Source: Patescibacteria group bacterium
GTDB taxonomy: Bacteria > Patescibacteriota > Minisyncoccia > Phycocordibacterales > UBA918
Length of the DNA: 64,000 nt
Direction: 5' to 3'
Assembly: GCA_038061715.1 (NCBI GenBank)
Contig: JBBTYP010000003.1
Span: forward strand, 12,034 to 76,033
Numbering within the stretch: the stretch's first letter is position 1; every line of letters begins with the position of its first letter. The position numbers were made by a program, and so were the translations under genes. The notes beneath the pieces were generated by a model, which did no database searches, had not been told where the DNA came from, and worked only from the letters and a program-made list of their open reading frames with translations. This document shows positions 54,134-63,961 of this stretch, in pieces.

Positions 54134-55231
54134 TTATTTGAAGAATAAACAAGTATTATCCGTTCCATTCTCATCATAGAAAGTGCCACCGGCGTACCTT
54201 TCACACAGTTCTTCTTCTTGTGAAAGGCCAAGCTTGCTGAAGGTGTCGTATTTTCTACTAGGGTCTGCGGCCTTATAAGCCTCGAAGGCATCCGTAAGTT
54301 CTGAGACTGGTTTCTTTGTGTCGGGTAGTTGGCAGGTTACAGCATTGGTATTGGATCCAGTGTAATTACCGTATTTAGATGAGCACTCAGATTTTATACT
54401 ACCTAGTAAATTAGTCATACATATACTATGTTGACCTTTCTGGCTTTCAGCGGGTAAATCTTTAACATTATTATCACACGCGCCTGCTACATTTGTCGTA
54501 ATAGTTGCCCCTGATTGCCCCACATATAGAGCACCAACTGGTTGGGTGGTATTAATTATTTTTTTATTTGCTATTGAATTGGCAAGTGAGGCGGCCTCAG
54601 CGGCTCCTTCTGAAAGAAAGCCACAACCAGCAATTAGATTATTTCTTTGACCAAACTGTATGGATCCTTTGGCGGCATTACATTTTCTAACAAAGTCACC
54701 CAGCGCAGCAGACGGGTCATCACATATGGTCGCATCGAGAATCACTGTTGAGCCTCCTCCAGTTTTTGTTTCGGATCTTTTTCCGCAACCTGTCTGAAGC
54801 TCGTTAATGTTTTTTTGGACAGCCACAGCCAATATCGGTGCCTGTAAGTCCGGACGTTTCCGTAGTTCGTCAAATTTTATTTCTTTATTAATTAGTTCAG
54901 GATTAATTAGTTCTAGGATTATTACCGCACTGAGAATGAGGAGAAGGCCGAGGACGGCGCCTTGGATGTCTTTGATGGCCTCGCTCTTGTTGCTGATTAT
55001 ATCGCTCAACATGTACTTAGTTCCAGCGATGATAATTTTGATGACCGCTAAGAGGGCGGCGACGGCAATGGACATACCGTAAAGGAAGTTGATGTAGCCT
55101 TCAAATGTTTGAACGTCATTTCCCGCCCCAGCGTTACTGAGGTCAACTAGCGGCGAATACACCTTGCCTTGCGCAAAGACAAATATCGGTAGTGACAGAA
55201 AAGTGATGAGGGGGAGTAAGAGTAATTTCAT
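54134..55231 (-). CDS. Putative VirB2/TrbC-like pilin fused to a ~230-aa Cys-rich extracellular domain
   Basis: 365 aa; signal peptide plus two hydrophobic helices (FLYGMSIAVAALLAVIKIIIAGTKYML, AVLGLLLILSAVIILELI) typical of T4SS pilins; 14 Cys in C-terminal part. Confidence 0.35.
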   Translation of the reverse strand: MKLLLLPLITFLSLPIFVFAQGKVYSPLVDLSNAGAGNDVQTFEGYINFLYGMSIAVAALLAVIKIIIAGTKYMLSDIISNKSEAIKDIQGAVLGLLLILSAVIILELINPELINKEIKFDELRKRPDLQAPILAVAVQKNINELQTGCGKRSETKTGGGSTVILDATICDDPSAALGDFVRKCNAAKGSIQFGQRNNLIAGCGFLSEGAAEAASLANSIANKKIINTTQPVGALYVGQSGATITTNVAGACDNNVKDLPAESQKGQHSICMTNLLGSIKSECSSKYGNYTGSNTNAVTCQLPDTKKPVSELTDAFEAYKAADPSRKYDTFSKLGLSQEEELCERYAGGTFYDENGTDNTCLFFK

Positions 55232-55234
55232 AGG

Positions 55235-56401
55235 CTAATTATCAGGGAGAGCTACTGTAAAGTCACGGTCATACACCCACAAACTGCTATCATTGTGGTT
55301 CACAAAGTATAGTACTTGAGACTTGGTTGTAAGCAGTGTCGCGTCAAGACTTCGGCCAGCGGTTTCGCTTAACGGTTCAATTTGAGTGGTGAATTTTGTA
55401 TCAGGTTTAGTGTACCAAAGTGCGTCGCTGAAGATGGTTTCACCGCGGTACCAGCTTTCAACACTACCGCTATAAATCGAAGCTACATCAGTGGCGCAGC
55501 TGATACCACTGTCAACCACAAGGCACTTTTCTGGAATAAATAGAAAATTAACCGGCGCTGTTTCACTCGAGGCCTTATTGTAAGTGTAACTCTTGTATAC
55601 GCCATTTTCGGTTATTGAATAAATTATTGATGTATCGTTAGCGATTGCGGATAGACCAAAACCAGAGACAGGTAACCGAGCCAGCGTGTCAGATTTTATC
55701 TCATAGAGATAGCCTTCTAAGTCGGCGGCGGTTTTAGGATAGGTGTAGTGGGTTCCAGCCACTGTGTCTCCCCAGAGAACTACCGCTTCACGAAAGGGCA
55801 CAATGAAAATGTTAGTCGTATCAGTAGTTTTTAGGTTGTAGGAATAACCACGAACCGACCGACCTTCTTTCACCGCATACAAAAGGGTGTCGTCAGAAGT
55901 GAATGAAGTACTAATCGGGTTTATATTTAACACCCTTGAAGACAGAGTCGTACTACCACTTGGTAGAGTGATTACAGTTACTAACTCGCTCCCGACTGAT
56001 ATTGCAGCGTAGGCTCCATCTCTAGACAGGACAGCAGTTTCGGCTGAGGGTACGGTGATATTGGAAAGTCGCTCTTCAGTACCGTCTTCAACATTTACAC
56101 TATAGACGTGACCAGTACCGGCCTCTACAAAGCGGACCGTGCGTGGCGTACTACTACTAGCATCAAGCGCCACGTACCCAATAGTCTGTCGAAGCGATAA
56201 TTGTCTCAAGTAAGGTGAGGTAGAAGTAGCTTGATCGTCGAAGACATCACCTAAGTCAAACTGTAGTTCGTCGCCGACTAGACCAAACGTATTGTAAAGG
56301 TCTTCCTTGGCTTCATCGCCCCCAAAGAATAGATAAAGCCATAACCCGATTAGAGTAATTAATATTATTGCCGCCAGAATTAGTAGCCAAGGTTTTTTCA
56401 T
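55235..56401 (-). CDS. Membrane-anchored hypothetical protein in T4SS-like cluster
   Basis: 388 aa; N-terminal TM; beta-rich, Ser/Thr-rich. Confidence 0.3.
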   Translation of the reverse strand: MKKPWLLILAAIILITLIGLWLYLFFGGDEAKEDLYNTFGLVGDELQFDLGDVFDDQATSTSPYLRQLSLRQTIGYVALDASSSTPRTVRFVEAGTGHVYSVNVEDGTEERLSNITVPSAETAVLSRDGAYAAISVGSELVTVITLPSGSTTLSSRVLNINPISTSFTSDDTLLYAVKEGRSVRGYSYNLKTTDTTNIFIVPFREAVVLWGDTVAGTHYTYPKTAADLEGYLYEIKSDTLARLPVSGFGLSAIANDTSIIYSITENGVYKSYTYNKASSETAPVNFLFIPEKCLVVDSGISCATDVASIYSGSVESWYRGETIFSDALWYTKPDTKFTTQIEPLSETAGRSLDATLLTTKSQVLYFVNHNDSSLWVYDRDFTVALPDN

Positions 56402-57378
56402 ATAACATCAATGGTGAGCTCCCCTTTAGTGCCTTGTAGTAATTTCTGGGTACTCTGAACGCGGAAAACAACATCCACCAGTCCGGTCTGTTCGGTCCGT
56501 TCCAAAGTTATATCGTAGGGGTTGTTACCACTGGGGGCATTTATGGTAGCTATATTCCAAGCTGTTACACTGGGACTATTAAATACTTCAGAGTCGAGAT
56601 AATAAGGCTCAGCCCGCAGAGTCGTGCTGTTACTCAAAAAAACAAAAGGACTCGTAAGTGCCCGAGGGACTACGCCGTAGAGTGTACTTACTTCATAAAA
56701 TAAAAGTCTCGGAGCGGCGACAGGGAGCGCGAGGGTACGTTTGGCCACCACGGAACCATCAAGCTTGGTGACAGTGAGAGAAAGTATCGAAGAACTATCT
56801 TGAGGCATAGTGAAGGAAACACGATTACCACCACGCAGTGGGCCCCCCTGTAATACCGTGTTATTGAGACGCCAGGTATATAGGTATTCATTAGAAAGAA
56901 TGACAGCGGTACTTAAAAGTGCGGTGGCATTGACGGTACTGTCTGGAGTCGCCAGCGCGCGACCCTTATAAAAAGCCGGAACATGAGTTTGGGGTTCGAA
57001 TATAATATCGAGATAAATCGGAGTGATGATTCTAGATACGGTTTCGCTTGAGCCGCTTGGCTTGCTGAGCAGGACTTTTACCACCGCACTCTCACCAGCG
57101 TCAGGGGAGACAAGGGTTATAGAACGCTGGTTGTACGCCCAGTCCATTTTAGTGTCGTTGTAGTACCAATCGATAGTGGCACCAAAGGCCCCTCCGGCGT
57201 AGTCGTTGAGGTCAATTGTGAACGATTGGTTTGGTGAGGGGTAGCTGGGGGAGAGCTCCAGTGAGAGGTTGGTATTTAAAAAATCTTCACCGCTCGTTTG
57301 AGCACCAGAAAAGCCGGGTGTTAGTAGTAGGAGTAAGCCAAAAAGAAATAGCCGCATACTAGTATGATACCAGACCAA
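56398..57378 (-). CDS. Secreted hypothetical protein in T4SS-like cluster
   Basis: 326 aa; signal peptide MRLFLFGLLLLLTPGFSGAQ. Confidence 0.3.
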   Translation of the reverse strand: MVWYHTSMRLFLFGLLLLLTPGFSGAQTSGEDFLNTNLSLELSPSYPSPNQSFTIDLNDYAGGAFGATIDWYYNDTKMDWAYNQRSITLVSPDAGESAVVKVLLSKPSGSSETVSRIITPIYLDIIFEPQTHVPAFYKGRALATPDSTVNATALLSTAVILSNEYLYTWRLNNTVLQGGPLRGGNRVSFTMPQDSSSILSLTVTKLDGSVVAKRTLALPVAAPRLLFYEVSTLYGVVPRALTSPFVFLSNSTTLRAEPYYLDSEVFNSPSVTAWNIATINAPSGNNPYDITLERTEQTGLVDVVFRVQSTQKLLQGTKGELTIDVI

Positions 57379-57396
57379 AAGAGCTAGAATCAGCGG

Positions 57397-58236
57397 TTAT
57401 TTGGGATAGCGCCAGACCACAATCCCCCACAAGATAAACCAAGGAAGAATGTTAAGAACAGGCATTAAATAACCAAGTAAGGCAAAGATAAAAGTTCCTG
57501 ATTTAATTACAGCATGTTTGCCCATAAAACAATGCACTCCAGAGAGGATATACATAGCTGCCATAAAGCCAAGGGTAAAGATACCAATAAAGAATACAAG
57601 CATAGTGAGCCCACTAAATAGAGCATTACTAAAACCAGTCCAGCTCTCTATAACATTTAAATTTACACCAGATACAGCTTCGATAACGTTAGTGGCGGCA
57701 TCATAGATGCCATAGATGATCGCTGTGAACCTACCTTTCATAAGAGTTTCGGCGACCCCTTCCCCAGCTCCAGCGAGACCCAGTGCCACAATTGCCATTA
57801 GTGCTAGTGGTAATTGTAAGCTAAACCAAATGGGAGTAGCGAAAGATAAAACAGTAATATTTACTCGGGTGGCCGAGATGGTGCCTTTAATACTTTTGCT
57901 AAGATCTTTAACGCCACTAGCACGTAACAACTTCTTACCCTCAGTTGCAGCTCCACCCACGCTTCGCATCGCCGCGCTAGTCGCCATCATTGGAACACCC
58001 GCTACTGCTCCAGCACCAGTTCGACTCAGTACCGCGCCAGTTCTCATTACTTTACCGCCAGACCTTTTAAGGCCTCCTCCTTTGCGCAAACTTATACTTG
58101 TCACTCTAGTAGCGGCACTGCCAAATTGACGAGCGCCTTCAAGGGGAATTTGCTCGCGTTCTCCCGTCGACGGCTGTAAGCCAGCGCCTGCATATGCGCG
58201 TTCATTGAACTCTTCGTCTGTGGTCGGGTACGCCAT
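57397..58236 (-). CDS. Hypothetical polytopic membrane protein in T4SS-like cluster
   Basis: 279 aa; Gly/Ala-rich N-terminal region, 4-5 C-terminal TM helices. Confidence 0.3.
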   Translation of the reverse strand: MAYPTTDEEFNERAYAGAGLQPSTGEREQIPLEGARQFGSAATRVTSISLRKGGGLKRSGGKVMRTGAVLSRTGAGAVAGVPMMATSAAMRSVGGAATEGKKLLRASGVKDLSKSIKGTISATRVNITVLSFATPIWFSLQLPLALMAIVALGLAGAGEGVAETLMKGRFTAIIYGIYDAATNVIEAVSGVNLNVIESWTGFSNALFSGLTMLVFFIGIFTLGFMAAMYILSGVHCFMGKHAVIKSGTFIFALLGYLMPVLNILPWFILWGIVVWRYPK

Positions 58237-58250
58237 GTACCCCGATTATA

Positions 58251-60041
58251 CTATACGCGGGTGGCTTGAAGTTCGGCCCTAGCTTGGCGGATTTGGAGGA
58301 GTTGGGACGGGTCGGAAGTAATAATTTGGTCTTCAGTGTAGGAAGCGATGACCTTGATCGCAACATGTTTAAGGCCGACGAAAAATATACCCTCACCAAC
58401 ATTTGATTCAAGCAATAGGAACTTTTCCTCGTCAGTTAGATTGAAGGTCCGTTGTATATTATCAATCGCCGTTGGCGACTGCTTCATCAGAAGCTGGATG
58501 GAAGAGTTGGTTATCATTGGAACTCCGTAAGGAGAACGAAGGAAGTCGTCCACATCTTGGGTTATGGTCGCGATTCCTAAATAGTATTTACGTCCTCGCT
58601 TGGCTAGACTAAAAAGGAAAGAGGCGGTGTCTTCACTCTTCATCATCCACCAGGCTTCATCGATAACGAGTAGCCGCTTGGCCAGACGGCGCCTAACTGA
58701 ACCCCAAATAAAGTTGGTCACAATATACATGGCGACAGTTTTGAGCTCGTCTTCCATATCACGTAGCGAGAACACCACAAACTTCTGATTGATGTCGACA
58801 TTCGACGGCTTATTCATAAAACCCGACCAAGTACCACCAGTGTACTTCTGGAGACGATTGATAAGCGACTGACTACCCTCCATTCCCGCTAACACCATTT
58901 CAAAGTCAGACAAAAGTGGTGGTTCAAGATCAGCAAAGTTTGTGTCGCCAGTAATGTCTTTTAGGGCGTAAGTTTCTTGGATGGCAATGTCGATGAGTGT
59001 TTCTTCTTCAGGTGCTAGGCCACCAAGCATAAGCCTAAAGAGACCAACTAGCTCAATGATGTGGGTCCTAAGAACGTCTTTAGGGTCCTCGTCACTTTGT
59101 GGCGCAGGCAAATCAAACGGGTTAATGTGGTGACTGGAAGAAAGAGAGATATTAAAGAAACGCCCACCGGTGGCTTCAGCTAAGTATTCGTATTCACGCT
59201 CTGGGTCAATCACAATCACCTCAGTACCAAACATGAGTGAGCGTAGAATCTCCAGTTTAAGGCCATATGATTTTCCAGCCCCCGAGGTAGCGAAAGTGAC
59301 GGAGTTGTAGTTGGTAAGTGAGTAACGGTCGAAAAGGACGAGGGAGGAGTTATGACGGTTGATACCGTAGAGAATCCCAGTGTCGGAAGTGAGATCAAAA
59401 GAAGTGAAGGGGAAGAAGCTAGAAAGCGGTGAAGAATTAAACTTACTGTGTACCAAAAGCTCATCATTTCCAAGGGGAATCATGCTTTTAAAACCTTGTT
59501 CCTGTTGAAAGAGCGCCGGCTTCATGGAAATCATTCGGGAGTCAAGAATACCCCTAATATCGTTCTCAGCTTTGTTGATGTGAGCCTCGTCTTCGCCGTA
59601 AATTGCTAGATAGAACCCGACATCAAACAGTTTTTCTTCGGCTTGTTGCAGCTTGTCGCGCAGATCTTCCAGGTTCATGTACGCGGCTTCGAGCTGTGGA
59701 TCACGCACTTCGCCACGCTCTTCCTTGATGTTAATTTGGCTCTGGACTTCCGCTACTTTCTTTTGAAATTTCTTCAGAGTATCGGCTGTATCAATCGGAT
59801 GAATAAAGATAGAAACATCAATTTCGCGAGCCAGGTTTAAGACTGGTTCGAGCCAGCCGTCATTTAGGTAGCGCGGATAAGAAACAGCGTAGTATACGCG
59901 CGCATTAACACCACTGATGTTAATGCTGCGCGGTGAAATACTCACCGCCGAAGGAGCGATGACATCGGTCAAGGTCATCAACTGTTCCTTGAAGGAAATA
60001 CCGGTTGGTTTTTTTGGCTGTAGTGCGTCTAGTATTCCCAT
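58251..60041 (-). CDS. VirB4/TrbE-family T4SS ATPase, C-terminal ~600 aa (ATPase domain)
   Basis: FATSGAGKSY Walker A, LLVIDEAWWMM Walker B; start codon 1 nt after stop of upstream ORF encoding the VirB4 N-terminal domain. Confidence 0.8.
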   Translation of the reverse strand: MGILDALQPKKPTGISFKEQLMTLTDVIAPSAVSISPRSINISGVNARVYYAVSYPRYLNDGWLEPVLNLAREIDVSIFIHPIDTADTLKKFQKKVAEVQSQINIKEERGEVRDPQLEAAYMNLEDLRDKLQQAEEKLFDVGFYLAIYGEDEAHINKAENDIRGILDSRMISMKPALFQQEQGFKSMIPLGNDELLVHSKFNSSPLSSFFPFTSFDLTSDTGILYGINRHNSSLVLFDRYSLTNYNSVTFATSGAGKSYGLKLEILRSLMFGTEVIVIDPEREYEYLAEATGGRFFNISLSSSHHINPFDLPAPQSDEDPKDVLRTHIIELVGLFRLMLGGLAPEEETLIDIAIQETYALKDITGDTNFADLEPPLLSDFEMVLAGMEGSQSLINRLQKYTGGTWSGFMNKPSNVDINQKFVVFSLRDMEDELKTVAMYIVTNFIWGSVRRRLAKRLLVIDEAWWMMKSEDTASFLFSLAKRGRKYYLGIATITQDVDDFLRSPYGVPMITNSSIQLLMKQSPTAIDNIQRTFNLTDEEKFLLLESNVGEGIFFVGLKHVAIKVIASYTEDQIITSDPSQLLQIRQARAELQATRV

Positions 60042-60042
60042 A

Positions 60043-60684
60043 TTAATTTGTTTCTTCGGTTAAGGGAGCAAAGCCAGTCGGGTCGTTTGGATTATAGGTA
60101 TGGTAGAAAAGTTCGACCAATTCATCCTTCCCGAGCGTGACCGTCTTGACCCCGATTCGAGCCAGACCTTCTGTCACTAAGGAGACCCGTTGTTCGAGCT
60201 GAGTCCGCTCTTCTTCAAAGATACCGTCACTAATAGTGGCTGCACCACTCTTGGCCCGAAAAAGGCCACTAAGACCACGGGTAATATTGACCTTGGTTGG
60301 ACTGTACGACACAATCACGAAGAAATTCTTGCTCATAACATCAACCTGAGCGGTAAAGGTACGAATGAACTCCACATATTCCCTAAGTTGTATTCGCATT
60401 AGATCATTATCCTGCTTGTCTTCAAGAGTGCCAAGCACAGCTAAGTAGGGTTCGATATTTAGTCGCCGCGAACGTAGTTGGATTTGAATCGAAAAATCCA
60501 GCGTATTAAGGAATTGTTGAAATTGCTGCAAAATAGCGCGCTGCTCATCATATGATTTAAGTGCGAAGTTGATAGACGAAGCCAAGACCACCATTGTCAT
60601 CTGGCCACTTTTTTGAATCACCACATTATCTCTAATGTCGCGTACGGCTACAAAGTTTTGACTGGCGGCGTGGTTTGGTGTCAT
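60043..60684 (-). CDS. VirB4-family N-terminal domain as a separate 213-aa ORF (split virB4)
   Basis: VAVRDIRDNVVIQKSGQMTMVVLASSINFALKSYDEQRAILQQFQQFLNTLDFSIQIQLRS matches N-terminal region of Gram-positive-type VirB4 (PrgJ/TraE-like); 213+596 aa equals typical VirB4 length. Confidence 0.55.
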   Translation of the reverse strand: MTPNHAASQNFVAVRDIRDNVVIQKSGQMTMVVLASSINFALKSYDEQRAILQQFQQFLNTLDFSIQIQLRSRRLNIEPYLAVLGTLEDKQDNDLMRIQLREYVEFIRTFTAQVDVMSKNFFVIVSYSPTKVNITRGLSGLFRAKSGAATISDGIFEEERTQLEQRVSLVTEGLARIGVKTVTLGKDELVELFYHTYNPNDPTGFAPLTEETN

Positions 60685-61094
60685 GATTTTTTCTCGATAG
60701 CTTGTAACTCTAGTCGGCGCGCAAGAGATGATAAGTCACCGTTCCTCTTTGTGCGAATGTGTGGTTCAAATAATTCAGGAGTGTTGAGTTTATCCTCGGG
60801 GATTTTGTAAAGCATTTCTTCTTTGCGCCATAAATAGAGACGTTTGCCAGAGAAATAGTTAACAATTGCTTCCAAAAAGTATGAGAAAGGCCGGCTGTTG
60901 ACTGGGTAAAAGGCCAAAGCACCTGCGAATACTGCTAGCGGTATACCAAAAGCGACAAACAAAAGAAACGGTAAGCGCAAGAAAAGTACCACTGCCATAC
61001 CAATACCACCACCGAGGTACAAAAATTGTCTCCAGGTTAAAGGGCCGAAAATTTTGTCTTCGATTTCGATAAATTGAGGCACCTCAAACCGCAT
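60681..61094 (-). CDS. PrgI/VirB3-like small two-TM T4SS protein
   Basis: 137 aa; MRFEVPQFIEIEDKIFGPLTWRQFLYLGGGIGMAVVLF... pattern of PrgI family; overlaps virB4-N by 4 nt. Confidence 0.45.
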   Translation of the reverse strand: MRFEVPQFIEIEDKIFGPLTWRQFLYLGGGIGMAVVLFLRLPFLLFVAFGIPLAVFAGALAFYPVNSRPFSYFLEAIVNYFSGKRLYLWRKEEMLYKIPEDKLNTPELFEPHIRTKRNGDLSSLARRLELQAIEKKS

Positions 61095-61145
61095 ACTCTA
61101 CCATTATACACAAAGAAAATGGCCGCTTTCGCGGCACATCCCCTA

Positions 61146-62009
61146 CTATTTTGTTTCGCTGTCCCATTGCGGAGATGGAGGCGCCGCACTTACCGCCTCC
61201 GCATGTACTATCAAGTCTTCTTTCTGCAAAATGTCAGCCTGACTACTAGCTTGATAAACCACATCCGACCCAGGTTTAATCGCCGCCATATCATGCGACA
61301 TGGTACGTACAGTTTGCAACGAAGCCAGTTCATTTTCCGCTGTTGAAATTTCTGAAAAGATATTTTGAGCAGTAAAGGCAGGTAGAACCGCCGCCTGACT
61401 ATCAGGGTAGATAAATTCATATAAGTGACTTTCTATGTCATTTTGTTCATACGGACCAGAAATTTTTAGGTTGTGATATAGGAATGGAATAAAATCTGTT
61501 GGTTTGTATATACCTAAATTAATATCACCGCAGAACTCAGCAATTGTTATACAAGATATTTCTTCAAGTCCCAGTCCCCGGGCCTTTCTTACAGCACCTA
61601 CTTTAAGCTCAATGTAATTTATAAGCTCATCTTTGGTCAACGATTCTAAAACGGTGTTTCTTTGCATGGCCTCAATTGAATGGCTCATTTCCTTGTAGGC
61701 TGTTCCAATGGAGGTCCTTATGTCAGTAGGGGTTGATTCAAGTATACTCAAAACACAAGTTACTGCTGCGTAGGCAGGCACGGAGCATTCGGTGGCTATA
61801 AACTCCATTAGCTCAAATTCATTTATGAAAAGAAACAAATACATTGTGTATCCGTTTGCAAAGACACCTTTCTGGTCTTCGTCAAGTAATAACAAGTCAG
61901 CATAAATAGCTATTGTCGTAGATGGCATGTCACCTAACACAAAGTCCTGGTAGTCTGGTGTCAGCGTTAGTAGTCGTTCTTTAATTAGTGTGTCGCTTAT
62001 ATCAGGCAT
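61146..62009 (-). CDS. Hypothetical cytoplasmic protein in T4SS-like cluster
   Basis: 287 aa, no motifs recognised. Confidence 0.3.
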   Translation of the reverse strand: MPDISDTLIKERLLTLTPDYQDFVLGDMPSTTIAIYADLLLLDEDQKGVFANGYTMYLFLFINEFELMEFIATECSVPAYAAVTCVLSILESTPTDIRTSIGTAYKEMSHSIEAMQRNTVLESLTKDELINYIELKVGAVRKARGLGLEEISCITIAEFCGDINLGIYKPTDFIPFLYHNLKISGPYEQNDIESHLYEFIYPDSQAAVLPAFTAQNIFSEISTAENELASLQTVRTMSHDMAAIKPGSDVVYQASSQADILQKEDLIVHAEAVSAAPPSPQWDSETK

Positions 62010-62011
62010 AG

Positions 62012-63961
62012 CTATTCTTCTTTTTTCTTATCGTCGTCTTTCTTGTCATCGAGCTCTTTAAGCAATGCAGCTTGCTCCTTCATGGCGTCTTGTTCTTTTT
62101 TGGATTTTTTCTTTTTACTGCCATCAAAACCATACTTTTTCCGTAACTCTTTTACTACATTCTTATCTTTGTACCATTCACCACCCAAAGCACCAGCTAC
62201 TAGGACACCTCCCACGGCACCTGTTGTTCCGCCGATTGCCGCCGTGCCGATAATTCCCGTTGAAGCACCACCACCACCAGCCTCTGAACCTCTCAACCAT
62301 TTATTCTTCGTCTCCTTTTCTCTGCGATCCAAGTAAGAAAGCTGGTGTTTGTACTGAGCTTTCGTCGCATTTTTCTCTAGCAAATCCTCGGCTTCTTTTT
62401 TAGCTGCTGCATGAGCAGCTGCAAGTCTGTCAGTTTCTTCCTTCAGAGAATCTTCAATTGCCTTCATGGCCAGCTGTTGCTCTACAATTTTCTTAGCCAG
62501 AATTTGTCGCTTAGCGGCATCTGTTTCGCCTACAAGTTTAGTATTGAGTTTCTTAATTTCATCACGATAAGGTCTTCTGGCCGTGCTCAACCTTGTGTTA
62601 TGAGCATCGAGATTCGTTGCAGCTATATTCTGAGCGTCTTTCAGGTCTGTATACTCCTTCGTTCCCATCACCTCAGCTTTTGCTTCGTCTTCATTCTTTG
62701 TTCCTAGCGAGTCCATGAACTTCTCCTCGTCTTTCACCGCTGCTTTTTGCCTAGTTACAAACCCCCCCTTGCTACTTTCGCCAAGACCAAGTCCTTTGCC
62801 CACTCCTCCCACGTTTCGGACATCCCAGGTCGAGTCGGCCGCTTTTCCTGCGGCTTTGTACGCAAGTTTACCGAATCGGCTATTTACTGCCCTAGTCTTT
62901 CCAAATTCGGACTCAGTGTAACGATTCGCTAGTGCTCCGGCTGTGTTCCTTCCAATTCTCGCTCCGACTCCTAGAGTTCCACCACCTACTGCACCGCGGA
63001 CTTTTCTTTCAAACGACTTACCCAGACTCATCGCTTTTTTGCCGCCGTCAGCACCGAGTTTGTCAGCGGCCCAGACAGAGAGGCCAAGGAAAATACAGAC
63101 TAAGATAAAGAAAGGAAATGTTCCTAGTTGTCCGGCGGCTTTGCCGCCTACTACTGTCTGAGCTCCCTGGAAAGTTCCTGCCCAGTCAGGGTTGGCAAAA
63201 CCATTACCCTTTTCTCCCACACTTACTTGTAGTCCAGAAATAATTTGAAGTGAGAAATAAATAAAGAGTAAATAAATTGGCGCCACTAAGGCTCGACCTA
63301 TAAACATTGACCAAAATCTTTCGAAAGTGTCTTTGATTGCAGGAATAATCCAACTCAGAAACATAATTGGTGATAGCACCATAAAGAGGTTTAGGACAGC
63401 AAAGCGCATTATCAACATGATTCCGCCAGCTGCGAACACAAACATGGCAGTAAGCATAAGCATAGCGGTGCCAAAGATATAACCCCAACCTTTGCCGTCA
63501 ACCTGTCCGACAGTCAGTCCAAAAGAATTGTTTATTCCCAAGCGAGCCATGAACTCTGTGGCCAGATCAATTTGCTGCAGACCGTCTTTGGTAGTACAGC
63601 CCTCACAAGTTGATCCTAAGCCATTAATAGCGATTTGGGCGGCAAGCTGGTTACTCATGTCGATAGCAAACTTTACAACAAAAAGACTGAAATTGACCAA
63701 TAAGGCAGCTAAAATTATATTAACAAGCCAACGACGAGTATTAGAATCGGAGGAATTTAATATCATCTTGAAACCGATATAGACGAAACCGAAGATAAAG
63801 CCAAGGTTTACAAAATCACGGACAATAATCCAAGTGTTATCAACTGCCACTCCAATACCAGTGTTAACAAAAGCATCGCCAAAACCAAGTACAAAGCTGT
63901 TCACAGCAAAGCTAAGGAGCGAAGCAGCCAAGGCCACAAACAATCCAAGTATTCCCATCAC
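62012..63961 (-). CDS. VirB6/TrbL-like polytopic membrane protein with charged/coiled-coil C-terminal tail
   Basis: 649 aa; >=6 TM helices in N-terminal 320 aa, Gly-rich linker, Lys/Glu-rich C-terminus. Confidence 0.45.
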   Translation of the reverse strand: MMGILGLFVALAASLLSFAVNSFVLGFGDAFVNTGIGVAVDNTWIIVRDFVNLGFIFGFVYIGFKMILNSSDSNTRRWLVNIILAALLVNFSLFVVKFAIDMSNQLAAQIAINGLGSTCEGCTTKDGLQQIDLATEFMARLGINNSFGLTVGQVDGKGWGYIFGTAMLMLTAMFVFAAGGIMLIMRFAVLNLFMVLSPIMFLSWIIPAIKDTFERFWSMFIGRALVAPIYLLFIYFSLQIISGLQVSVGEKGNGFANPDWAGTFQGAQTVVGGKAAGQLGTFPFFILVCIFLGLSVWAADKLGADGGKKAMSLGKSFERKVRGAVGGGTLGVGARIGRNTAGALANRYTESEFGKTRAVNSRFGKLAYKAAGKAADSTWDVRNVGGVGKGLGLGESSKGGFVTRQKAAVKDEEKFMDSLGTKNEDEAKAEVMGTKEYTDLKDAQNIAATNLDAHNTRLSTARRPYRDEIKKLNTKLVGETDAAKRQILAKKIVEQQLAMKAIEDSLKEETDRLAAAHAAAKKEAEDLLEKNATKAQYKHQLSYLDRREKETKNKWLRGSEAGGGGASTGIIGTAAIGGTTGAVGGVLVAGALGGEWYKDKNVVKELRKKYGFDGSKKKKSKKEQDAMKEQAALLKELDDKKDDDKKKEE

